Below are positions 9,887 through 18,305 of a stretch of 64,000 nt of DNA, piece by piece (the first letter of the stretch is position 1; every line of letters starts with the position of its first letter). The DNA comes from Polaromonas sp. (GTDB lineage Bacteria; Pseudomonadota; Gammaproteobacteria; Burkholderiales; Burkholderiaceae_C). The stretch spans positions 9,926-73,925 of the forward strand of contig JBBAPN010000007.1 in NCBI GenBank assembly GCA_040400815.1, in the 5' to 3' direction. The notes under the pieces are model-generated. The model was not told where the DNA came from and did no database searches. It saw only the letters and a list, made by a program, of their open reading frames with translations. Position numbers and translations under genes: made by a program.

Positions 9887-11536
9887 ATGTCCGAAATTGA
9901 AAAAACAGCTGACCGCGTGCCGACAGTCCACCACTTTGACGCGGTCGTGATTGGCGCAGGCTTCGCGGGTTTGTACGCGCTGGTGCGTTTGCGCCAGCTG
10001 GGCCTGACGGCCCGCGCCATTGAAGCCGGTGAGGGCGTAGGCGGCACTTGGTATTGGAACCGCTACCCGGGTGCGCGCTGCGATGTGGAGAGCATGCAGT
10101 ACTCGTACTCGTTTTCCGAGAAGTTGCAACAAGAGTGGCAGTGGAGCGAGCGCTATCCACGGCAAGAAGAAATCCTGCGCTACATCAACCACGTGGCGGA
10201 TCGCTTTGACCTGCGCCGCGACATCACGCTGCAAACTCGCGTCACCACGGCCGCCTACGATGAAAGCAGCCAGCTTTGGCGCGTTCAGACCGACCAGGGC
10301 GACACCTGCACGGCGCGTTTTCTGATTTCGGCAGCGGGTTGCCTGTCAGCGGCCAAGGTGCCGGACATGGCGGGCTTGGCGGACTTCAAGGGCAGTTGGT
10401 ACCACACCGGCAACTGGCCCCACGAACCGGTGGATTTCAGCGGCCAACGGGTCGGCGTGATCGGCACCGGTTCGTCTGGCATCCAGCTGATTCCAACGAT
10501 TGCCCGCCAAGCGAAAGAGGTGGTGGTTTTTCAGCGCACCCCCAATTTCAGCATCCCGGCTTGGAACCGCCCTTTGGCGGACGAGGAGCAACGCCATTGG
10601 AAGGCCAACTACGCAGACAACCGAGCCAAAGCGCGCAACACACGCTCAGGTATTCTGTACGACTACAGCCAGCTGGCCAGCTTCGATGTCAGCGAGGCCG
10701 AGCGCCAGCAGGAGTACGAGCGGCGCTGGCAAAAAGGCGGTGCCAATTACACGCACTCGTTCAATGACATCTTCAGCAACCAGCTGGCCAACGACCAAGC
10801 GGCAGAGTTTGTTCGCAACAAAATACGCAGCACGGTCAAAGATCCCCAAACTGCGGCGCTGCTAGCGCCCACCGATCACGCTATTGGCACCAAACGCATC
10901 TGCGTGGACAGCGACTATTACGCCACTTTCAACCAAGCGCACGTCAGCTTGGTGGACCTGCGCGCCACGCCCATCCAATCGGTTGTGGCCAGTGGGCTGC
11001 AGACCAGCGACCAGACTTATGCGCTGGACAGCCTGGTGTTTGCCACCGGCTATGACGCGGTCACGGGTGCGCTCGACCGGATTGATTTGCGTGGACGCGG
11101 CGGTCAGACGCTGAAGGCCAAGTGGTCGCAAGGCCCGCGCACGTACCTCGGTTTGATGGTCGCTGGTTTCCCCAATCTTTTCATCATCACCGGTCCGGGC
11201 AGCCCGTCGGTGCTAACCAATGTGATCATGGCCATCGAGCAGCACGTCGACTTGATCGCCCGCTGTCTGGCGCACATGCAGAGCCAAGGCCTTGACAGCG
11301 CGGAGCCGCTTCTTAGCGCAGAAAACGACTGGGTCGAGCATGTCAACCAAATCGCCTCGACCACGCTGTTCACCAAGTCCAACTCTTGGTACATGGGGGC
11401 CAATATTCCGGGCAAGCCGCGGGTGCTGCTGCCGTATGTGGGCGGCTTAGGCAACTACACAGCGATCTGCGAGAAGGTGGTCGCCGACGGCTACAGCGGC
11501 ATTTCGTTAAGTTCCGGTGCGCCTCAAACAGCCTGA
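9887..11536 (+). CDS. Type I Baeyer-Villiger monooxygenase, copy B
   Basis: GAGFAG, GGTWYWNRYPGARCD, fingerprint FKGSWYHTGNWP, GTGSSG, ATGYD. Confidence 0.95.
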   Translation: MSEIEKTADRVPTVHHFDAVVIGAGFAGLYALVRLRQLGLTARAIEAGEGVGGTWYWNRYPGARCDVESMQYSYSFSEKLQQEWQWSERYPRQEEILRYINHVADRFDLRRDITLQTRVTTAAYDESSQLWRVQTDQGDTCTARFLISAAGCLSAAKVPDMAGLADFKGSWYHTGNWPHEPVDFSGQRVGVIGTGSSGIQLIPTIARQAKEVVVFQRTPNFSIPAWNRPLADEEQRHWKANYADNRAKARNTRSGILYDYSQLASFDVSEAERQQEYERRWQKGGANYTHSFNDIFSNQLANDQAAEFVRNKIRSTVKDPQTAALLAPTDHAIGTKRICVDSDYYATFNQAHVSLVDLRATPIQSVVASGLQTSDQTYALDSLVFATGYDAVTGALDRIDLRGRGGQTLKAKWSQGPRTYLGLMVAGFPNLFIITGPGSPSVLTNVIMAIEQHVDLIARCLAHMQSQGLDSAEPLLSAENDWVEHVNQIASTTLFTKSNSWYMGANIPGKPRVLLPYVGGLGNYTAICEKVVADGYSGISLSSGAPQTA

Positions 11537-11571
11537 CCAACCCCGCAAAATTAAGCCAACACGGAATCAAC

Positions 11572-12303
11572 ATGGCAAGTTTCAAAGACCAGGTATTTTT
11601 AATTTCAGGCGGCGCACGCGGTCTGGGCGAAGCCCAAGCGCGGCAACTGGTGGCCGAGGGCGCCCGCGTGGTGATTGGCGATGTGCTGACCGACGTGGGC
11701 CTGGCATTGGCGGTCGAGCTGGGCAGCGCCTGCTTGTTTCAGCCCTTGGACGTCACCAGCGAGGCTCAGTGGGCGGCGGCCGTGGCCACCGCTGAACAAC
11801 TCGGGCCTTTGTCCGGTTTGGTCAACAACGCTGGTGTTTACACACCGATGTCGCTGTTGGACACGGATACGGCGCAGTTTGAGCGCCACACGCGCGTCAA
11901 CCAGCTCGGTACTTTTTTGGGCATGCGGGCGGCGGTGCCGGCTTTTGAGCGGGCGGGTGGTGGTGCGATTGTCAATATGTCGTCCACCGTGGCTTTGCGC
12001 AGCGCACCCAACTCGATCGCTTACACCGCCAGCAAATGGGCGGTGCGCGGCATGACCAAGGCCGCCGCGTTGGAGTTGGCGGACCGGCACATTCGCGTCA
12101 ACTCAGTGCATCCAGGGGTAATTGACACTGACATGATCAGTATCCGCAGCCATGAAGACAACCTGCGGCGCGTGCAACAAGTCCCCATGAAACGGCTCGG
12201 CACCAAAGAAGAAATTGCCAAGCTCGTATTTTTTTTGCTGAGCGAAGACAGCCGCTATATGACCGGCTCAGAAGTGGCGATGGACGGCGGCGCGGCGCTG
12301 TAG
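11572..12303 (+). CDS. Short-chain dehydrogenase/reductase (3-alpha,20-beta-HSD/cyclic alcohol dehydrogenase-like)
   Basis: SGGARGLG, NNAG, YTASK, IRVNSVHPG; start trimmed to ATG 11572. Confidence 0.9.
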   Translation: MASFKDQVFLISGGARGLGEAQARQLVAEGARVVIGDVLTDVGLALAVELGSACLFQPLDVTSEAQWAAAVATAEQLGPLSGLVNNAGVYTPMSLLDTDTAQFERHTRVNQLGTFLGMRAAVPAFERAGGGAIVNMSSTVALRSAPNSIAYTASKWAVRGMTKAAALELADRHIRVNSVHPGVIDTDMISIRSHEDNLRRVQQVPMKRLGTKEEIAKLVFFLLSEDSRYMTGSEVAMDGGAAL

Positions 12304-12542
12304 TCGCTAAGTCCTTGCCAAGCGGTCGACATGCCGTCACAGCCCAGCCTGGCGAGTCGGGTCTGGGTGGTCTAACCCCTAAGGGAAAACGTGAATAATA
12401 CTCATGGGTATCAATGCTATTCTTGCTGGAATAAAAATTAAGCACTCAGAATCTAAAACTTTTTAGTGATTTATTTTGTTTCCCCCTTGTTTGAGTCGCA
12501 ATTAACCACCGCTTGCCTTTCGGCTGGCACTACGAAGGAGTC

Positions 12543-13760
12543 ATGATGAAGATCACAACTAAAGCCTGCACTGCAGGTCTCGCCATCGCGATAAGCGGTC
12601 TGGCATTCAGTGTCAGCGCATTTGAAGCGCCCGACGATGGTGTCTATTCGAACCGAATTGACTGGGGTGTGACGATGGACTTGAGCGGTCCTACTTCGGC
12701 TTCGCAGTCGGTCTGGGCCAATGGTTTTCAAGACTACATGCGCAAGCTCAACGAAGCTGGCGGTATCCATGGTCGCAAGGTCAATGTGCTGGCCGAAGAC
12801 AACCGCTACAACGCCGCCACTGACAAAATTGCTTTCGAAAAGCTGGTCGGTCAGACCCCGGTGATCGCCATCTCCGGCATGGGCACTTCAGCCTCGCAAG
12901 TCGCACTGGCCGCTACCATTAAAGCCGGCAAGGTGCCCATAGTCGGCACTTACACGCCGACCCGCGCATTGTCTGAACCCGTCTCGCCGATGGTCTACAA
13001 CGGCTTTTGTGGTTACCGCGAAATGGCCCAGACAGGGATTGGCTACTATGTCGACAGCCTGAAGCTCAAAGCGCCGAAGATCATGACCGTCGCGATTGAG
13101 AGCACGGGCGGCAAGGAATACCACGAGTACGTTTCAGAAGTTGCCAAAAAATACGGTGGTACGGCGACCATGGTCACCATGAAGGTGAACGCTGTCGATG
13201 TCACACCGCAGGTGCTGGAGATTGTGGCGACCAAGCCCGACCTGATCACGGTTTATGGTGTCTCCAATACCGCGATCCTGACCCTCAAGGCGATGCAGCA
13301 GTACGGTCTGAAAATTCCAACTTTCGGCATCTCTTACTTAGGCGCTCCGCAAATCTTTCAAACCATGGGTCCTGACGCCGGTGCCAACTATGCTTTCGTG
13401 AGCTGCTTCACGCCAGGCGGCTCCGACCAGTCGCCGGGCAACCGCGAGCTGTCAGCCTTCGCGGACAAAATTGGCCGCGGCGCCATGAAGGAAGACATCA
13501 ACTACGTCGCGGGCTGGGTGGTGGCCCAGATGGCCGCTGAGTCGCTGGCCAAGGCTGGCCCAGAGCCAACCCGTGTCAAGTTGGTTGAAGGCATGAACAA
13601 AGGCTTTGTCGTCGACAGCAAAGGTTTGGCCGCGCCTTTCACCTACACGCCTACCAACCACACCGGTCCGGTGGTTCTGAAGATGTTTGGCTACGACTAC
13701 GCTGGCAAGAAGTTCAAGCACTTCGGCGAGTACAGCGACTACGCCAAATACACCAAGTAA
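12543..13760 (+). CDS. ABC substrate-binding protein, Liv/PBP1 fold, paralog 2
   Basis: GAAGGAG RBS; signal peptide; DLSGPTS, NEAGGIHGRKVNVLAEDNRY; colinear with 1612-2865. Confidence 0.9.
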   Translation: MMKITTKACTAGLAIAISGLAFSVSAFEAPDDGVYSNRIDWGVTMDLSGPTSASQSVWANGFQDYMRKLNEAGGIHGRKVNVLAEDNRYNAATDKIAFEKLVGQTPVIAISGMGTSASQVALAATIKAGKVPIVGTYTPTRALSEPVSPMVYNGFCGYREMAQTGIGYYVDSLKLKAPKIMTVAIESTGGKEYHEYVSEVAKKYGGTATMVTMKVNAVDVTPQVLEIVATKPDLITVYGVSNTAILTLKAMQQYGLKIPTFGISYLGAPQIFQTMGPDAGANYAFVSCFTPGGSDQSPGNRELSAFADKIGRGAMKEDINYVAGWVVAQMAAESLAKAGPEPTRVKLVEGMNKGFVVDSKGLAAPFTYTPTNHTGPVVLKMFGYDYAGKKFKHFGEYSDYAKYTK

Positions 13761-13795
13761 ACGCCAAGTAAACGCAACTACCCCTCAAGGCAAAC

Positions 13796-14662
13796 ATGCT
13801 CGCACAAGTTCTTTTCAGCGGCCTGGCCCTCGGCAGCATCTACGGGCTTGTCGCCCTGGGTTTTGTCGTGGTTTTCAAAGCCACTGAAGTATTCAACTTC
13901 GCGCAAGGCATGTTTGTCGTGTGCGGGGCTTTTCTGGCGGTCAGCACCATCACGCTGCTGCAACTTCCTTTTCCGTTGGCGGTGGCGGCCATTATTGGGG
14001 GGGCAGCCTTGTTGGGGGTGGTGATTCACGTGCTGCTGATTCAGCCGCTGGCCGGGCGACCCATGCTGGCCGTCATCATGGTGACGATTGCGTTGTCGAT
14101 GGTGCTGCGCGCCGTGATCGAAATGATTTTTGGACCTCAGGGTCGTAACCTGACAACGCCTTTGCCGACCGGCATCTTCATGCTGGGTGATGTGCGGATT
14201 TCTCAATTGCATTTGACCGCCGCGTTGGTGAGCTGGGCCTGCATGGCCGGTTTTGGTGCCTTCTTTAAGTTCACCTCCGTGGGCTTGCTGATGCGTGCCA
14301 CGGCTGACAGCCATGAGGCCGCGGTGGTATCGGGCGTCAACGTCAACGTTATGAACCGACTCGCTTGGGCCATCGGCAGCACGCTGGCGGCCATTGGGGG
14401 TGTGTTTCTGGGGCAATTGCAAATCGCTTCGACGGATTTAGAAAACATCGGGCTGCTGGCCTTGCCAGCCGTTGTGATCGGCGGCCTGCAGAGCATTCCA
14501 GGTGCCATCGTTGGTGGCTTGCTGGTGGGTGTCATTGAGCAACTCGCCGCCAGCTACATCTCCCCTAAGTCCAGCGACATCCTGATCTACGGCCTGCTGC
14601 TGCTGATCCTGATGGTCCGTCCTTGGGGTCTGTTCGGCCAACGTGAACTTGGCCGCGTCTGA
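13796..14662 (+). CDS. Branched-chain amino acid-type ABC permease (LivH-like)
   Basis: GSIYGLVALGF, VFNFAQG, hydrophobic, RPWGLFG C-terminus. Confidence 0.92.
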   Translation: MLAQVLFSGLALGSIYGLVALGFVVVFKATEVFNFAQGMFVVCGAFLAVSTITLLQLPFPLAVAAIIGGAALLGVVIHVLLIQPLAGRPMLAVIMVTIALSMVLRAVIEMIFGPQGRNLTTPLPTGIFMLGDVRISQLHLTAALVSWACMAGFGAFFKFTSVGLLMRATADSHEAAVVSGVNVNVMNRLAWAIGSTLAAIGGVFLGQLQIASTDLENIGLLALPAVVIGGLQSIPGAIVGGLLVGVIEQLAASYISPKSSDILIYGLLLLILMVRPWGLFGQRELGRV

Positions 14663-14680
14663 AGCTGCGCTGATTTATTT

Positions 14681-15763
14681 ATGACCACTTCTACCCTGAA
14701 CCTAGCGACCCAAGCCAACAGGCCACCGCGCTGGCTGTGGCTGATCGTTATGGCGGCTTTGCTGTGCTACTTGCCCGTGCTGTTGACCGACCGCGCCATC
14801 TTTGGTGTGCGTTTGTCCAACATGCAACTGCTCAATATTGGTTTGACCCAAGTCAACCTGATGTTGATCGCCATGCTGGGCGCGCTGTCGCTGAACTATT
14901 TGACGGGCAGCGCCGGCTTGATTTCAATTGGTCATGCGGCTTTTTATGCCGTGGGCGCGATGACCGCAGCGGTCACTGGTACCCAGTGGGGCTGGCCATT
15001 TCCGCTGGTGCTGGTAGCCGCTGGAGTGGCCGGCGCATTGGCCGGTCTGCTGGCCGGTTTGCCCTCTTTGCGGGTGCGCGGCTTGTACTTTGTGCTGTCG
15101 ACTTTCGCGCTGCATTACATCGTCATGTTTGTTTTTCTGGAATACCAGTTCAAGTTCTTCGACGTCGTCGGCGTGCCTTACCAGCCGGCCAGCCTCGGAC
15201 CGGTGGCCTTGAGCTCGCCGATGCGTTGGTATTTTTTCTTGGTACCGCTGGTGGTGCTGGTTTACCTGGGGCTGCGTAACACCATGCAAACGCGCGAAGG
15301 CAGAGCCATGATGGCCATGCGCGACCATGAGTTGGCGGCCACCTCGGTGGGCGTGGATGTGCGCATCTTGCGCCTCAAGGCCTTTGCCTTCAGTTCAGCG
15401 ATTGCTTCTGTGGCGGGTGCCTTGTATGCGTATTACCTGACCAACGCGACTTCGGAAATCTTTGGCATCCAGTTCGCCATTCAGTTCATTGCCATGATCA
15501 TCATCGGCGGCATGGGCTCGCTGTCCGGCTCCTTGATTGGCGCTGCGGTGTGGTTGCTGCTGCCTTCCATCATCACGGGTTTCGCGTCGCAGGCCAATGA
15601 ATCCACGGGGCTGGTGCGGCTGCTGCTGATCGAGCACCGTGCGCAGTTCGTGCAGGCAATCTTTGGCACGATGGTCATCGTGCTGTTGATCTTCGCGCCT
15701 GGCGGCATCGCCGGTATCGGGCGACAAATCAAAAATCGTATCGCTTTGTGGCGGGGCAAATGA
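14681..15763 (+). CDS. Branched-chain amino acid-type ABC permease (LivM-like)
   Basis: GLISIGHAAFYAVGA, LRVRGLYF, GRAMMAMRDHELAA, IIGGMGS. Confidence 0.92.
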   Translation: MTTSTLNLATQANRPPRWLWLIVMAALLCYLPVLLTDRAIFGVRLSNMQLLNIGLTQVNLMLIAMLGALSLNYLTGSAGLISIGHAAFYAVGAMTAAVTGTQWGWPFPLVLVAAGVAGALAGLLAGLPSLRVRGLYFVLSTFALHYIVMFVFLEYQFKFFDVVGVPYQPASLGPVALSSPMRWYFFLVPLVVLVYLGLRNTMQTREGRAMMAMRDHELAATSVGVDVRILRLKAFAFSSAIASVAGALYAYYLTNATSEIFGIQFAIQFIAMIIIGGMGSLSGSLIGAAVWLLLPSIITGFASQANESTGLVRLLLIEHRAQFVQAIFGTMVIVLLIFAPGGIAGIGRQIKNRIALWRGK

Positions 15764-16530
15764 TGAGCCATATGCTTGACATCAAAAATCTGTCGGTTGG
15801 TTACGCCCGCAAGGGTTTGGCGCTTGAAAACGTCAACCTGACTGTACCCAAGGGCAGCATCGTGGCCCTGCTGGGTGCCAATGGTGCAGGCAAGACGACG
15901 CTGATTCGCGCTGTCACAGGGCTGTTGCCCTTGCACAACGGCCGGGTTGTACAAGGCCATATTGACTTTGGTGGTACTGAAATTGTCGGTGCAGCACCGC
16001 ATCGTTTGGTGCGCATGGGGATGGGCCAAGTGCCTGAGGGCCGGCTGATCTTCAAACAACTGAGTGTCGAAGACAATCTTGCCGTAGGGGCTGCAATCTT
16101 GCCGCGGTCTGCGGTCCGCGAGCGGATGGACGCTGTTTACGCGCTGTTTCCACGGCTGTTGGAACGCCGTAAACAATCCGCCGGCTGGCTCTCGGGTGGT
16201 GAGCAGCAAATGCTGGCGTTGGGCCGCGCCCTTGTGGGTGGGCCGCGCTTGTTGCTGGTCGACGAGCTTTCACTGGGTCTGGCGCCCTTGATTGTGGAGG
16301 CTATCTACAAGCAACTGATCGTGGTCGGACAGACACTGGGTACATCGATGTTGATCGTTGAGCAAAACGCCCGGATTGCGCTCGAATTCGCTTCGACGGC
16401 TTACATTCTTGAACGCGGCAAAATCACGCTGAGCGGGCCGTCCGCAGAGGTCAGAAACAGCCCCATCATGCGTGACGCTTATTTGGGTGCAGCACGCGAA
16501 TCGACAGCCACCGAGACGACACAGCCATGA
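15760..16530 (+). CDS. ABC ATPase (LivF-like)
   Basis: GANGAGKTT, LSGGEQQML, LLLVDELSLGLAP; ATGA overlap with upstream gene. Confidence 0.93.
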   Translation: MMSHMLDIKNLSVGYARKGLALENVNLTVPKGSIVALLGANGAGKTTLIRAVTGLLPLHNGRVVQGHIDFGGTEIVGAAPHRLVRMGMGQVPEGRLIFKQLSVEDNLAVGAAILPRSAVRERMDAVYALFPRLLERRKQSAGWLSGGEQQMLALGRALVGGPRLLLVDELSLGLAPLIVEAIYKQLIVVGQTLGTSMLIVEQNARIALEFASTAYILERGKITLSGPSAEVRNSPIMRDAYLGAARESTATETTQP

Positions 16531-17297
16531 CGCAAGCCCTCCTTGAACTGACCGATTTGCAGATGCGTTTCCAGGGTCTGACGGCTTTGGATGACGTCTC
16601 GTTTTCTATGGCCCAAGGCTCCGTCACATCTGTGATTGGCCCCAACGGTGCCGGCAAAACCACCTTGTTCAATTGCGTCACCGGCATGTACCGTCCGACC
16701 AGTGGCAAGGTCAGCTTTGACGGGCATGACATCACCGCGATGCGGGCGCACCAGATCTCGCGCTACGGCATTGCCAGAACCTTTCAGAACTTGGCCTTGT
16801 TCAGTGGCCTGACGGTGCTGGAAAACCTATTGGTAGGCGCTTACCGCCAAGGTTCTTCGGGTTTGCTGCAGGGTGCATTTTTAACGGCGGCAGCACGGTC
16901 TGAGCAGCGCGCTGCCCAGACTGCCGCGTACGAAGTGCTTGAATTTTTGGGCATGCCCGACACCGCCCACCAATTGCCAGGCGAGTTGCCTTACGGTCGC
17001 CAAAAGCAAGTGGAGTTTGCCCGCGCCCTGATGCAAAAAGCGCGCTTGGTGTTGCTTGATGAGCCGATGGCCGGCATGAGTGCACCCGAAAAAACCGCCA
17101 TGACGGCACTGATCAAGCGCGTGCAGCAGCAGTACAGCATGAGCTTTCTGATCGTCGAGCATGACATACCGGTGATCATGGACATCTCGGACAAGATCGT
17201 CGTCCTAGACTTCGGCCGCAAGATCGCCGAGGGTACACCGAAAGAAGTTCAGGCCAACGAGGCGGTGATTGCCGCCTACTTGGGCACCGAGCATTGA
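16527..17297 (+). CDS. ABC ATPase (LivG-like)
   Basis: GPNGAGKTT, IARTFQN, LPYGRQK, LLDEPMAG, AYLG. Confidence 0.93.
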   Translation: MTQALLELTDLQMRFQGLTALDDVSFSMAQGSVTSVIGPNGAGKTTLFNCVTGMYRPTSGKVSFDGHDITAMRAHQISRYGIARTFQNLALFSGLTVLENLLVGAYRQGSSGLLQGAFLTAAARSEQRAAQTAAYEVLEFLGMPDTAHQLPGELPYGRQKQVEFARALMQKARLVLLDEPMAGMSAPEKTAMTALIKRVQQQYSMSFLIVEHDIPVIMDISDKIVVLDFGRKIAEGTPKEVQANEAVIAAYLGTEH

Positions 17298-17353
17298 GGT
17301 GAAGGCGCGGTCACCTCAGTCGCTACTTTAAGGCGCGCTTTAAGCGTGCCTTA
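17295..17353. terminator. Two hairpins between convergent livG-like and yqeY genes, possible terminator or stability element
   Basis: TGAGGTGA..TCACCTCA (17295-17318) and TAAGGCGCGCT-TTA-AGCGTGCCTTA (17329-17353); no clear U-tract. Confidence 0.45.
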
Positions 17354-17362
17354 TCACCTGTC

Positions 17363-17809
17363 TTAACTTGCCAGCGCAGCCTTCACAGCCGCTGAGACTT
17401 GGCCCATGTCGGCCTTGCCGGTCAGTTGTGCTTTAACAGCCGCCATGACCTTGCCCATGTCGCCGGGGCCCGTGGCGCCCAGTTCGGTGACGATGGCCTT
17501 GACGGCCGCGCTGACTTCGTCTGCGCTCATGCGGGCGGGCAGGTAAGCCTGCAGGATTTTCATCTCAGCGGCTTCTTTGTCGGCCAAGTCGGTACGGGCG
17601 GCCTTTTGGAAGGCTTCGATGGAGTCTTTGCGTTGCTTGATGAGTTTGTCGACGATAGTGACCACGGCGACGTCGTCCTGCATCACGCGGTCGTCCACTT
17701 CTTTTTGCTTGATGGCTGCCAGCAACAGGCGAATGGTGCCCAAACGCTCCACGTCTTTGGCCCGCATGGCGGTTTTCATGTCTTCGGTGATTTGTTCTTT
17801 GAGCGTCAT
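17363..17809 (-). CDS. yqeY: GatB/YqeY domain protein
   Basis: MTLKEQITEDMKTAMRAKD, KQRKDSIEAF, DMGKVM; follows rpsU. Confidence 0.93.
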   Translation of the reverse strand: MTLKEQITEDMKTAMRAKDVERLGTIRLLLAAIKQKEVDDRVMQDDVAVVTIVDKLIKQRKDSIEAFQKAARTDLADKEAAEMKILQAYLPARMSADEVSAAVKAIVTELGATGPGDMGKVMAAVKAQLTGKADMGQVSAAVKAALAS

Positions 17810-17863
17810 GGGAGTCCTTGTGTGGGCCGGTGGGCAGGGCGGTGTGGCTTAGATTTTGTGCGT

Positions 17864-17896
17864 AAAAAAGCCCGCTGGAGCGTCCTCAAGCGGGCT
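17864..17896 (-). terminator. Intrinsic terminator after rpsU
   Basis: Minus strand AGCCCGCT-TGAGGACGCTCC-AGCGGGC followed by TTTTTT. Confidence 0.8.
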
Positions 17897-17925
17897 GTGC
17901 CGGATGCCGGTGAAGGCTGAACCGA

Positions 17926-18138
17926 TCAGTACAGTTTCTTCGGCAACTGCATGGCGCGAATGCGCTTGTAGTTGCGCTTGACGGCGGCAGCCTTTTTACG
18001 TTTACGTTCAGCCGTTGGCTTCTCGTAAAACTCGCGTGCGCGCAAGTCGGTCAGCAGACCGAGTTTTTCAATAGTGCGCTTGAAGCGACGCAGTGCGACG
18101 TCAAACGGCTCGTTGTCTTTTACACGGATAGTGGTCAT
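17926..18138 (-). CDS. rpsU: 30S ribosomal protein S21
   Basis: [34 protein letters not shown]. Confidence 0.98.
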   Translation of the reverse strand: MTTIRVKDNEPFDVALRRFKRTIEKLGLLTDLRAREFYEKPTAERKRKKAAAVKRNYKRIRAMQLPKKLY

Positions 18139-18207
18139 CGATGAATGGATCCAATTGGATGCACCTTCAATTGATCTGATCAGGATCAGGTCAGGCGCGG
18201 GTTTGCT

Positions 18208-18229
18208 AGCAAAGCCTTAAATTATAGCC
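18208..18229 (-). promoter_or_regulatory. rpsU promoter -10/discriminator region
   Basis: GGCTATAATTTAAGGCTTTGCT on minus strand; 20/22 identical to the rpsO upstream sequence. Confidence 0.7.
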
Positions 18230-18305
18230 AGAGAAATCGGGTTTCTGGCTTCGCACGCTAGGCTCGAACATGAAAAAACCAGATTATGGCTCTTTTGCGA
18301 CGTTT

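Noticed and set aside
11386-11571. Apparent N-terminal extension of the SDR (similar extensions on nuoC, nuoJ, Nudix, rpsO, TolC-like gene)
   Set aside because: They overlap upstream genes or leaders; downstream ATGs match family starts
12525-12540. TGGCAC upstream of binding protein 2 as a sigma54 promoter
   Set aside because: No GC at -12 (TGGCACTACGAAGGAG); the 3' part is the RBS
378-17362. Mobile element or att sites bounding the catabolic cluster
   Set aside because: Only a 6-bp CTCAGT match near the two ends; no integrase, transposase or tRNA target
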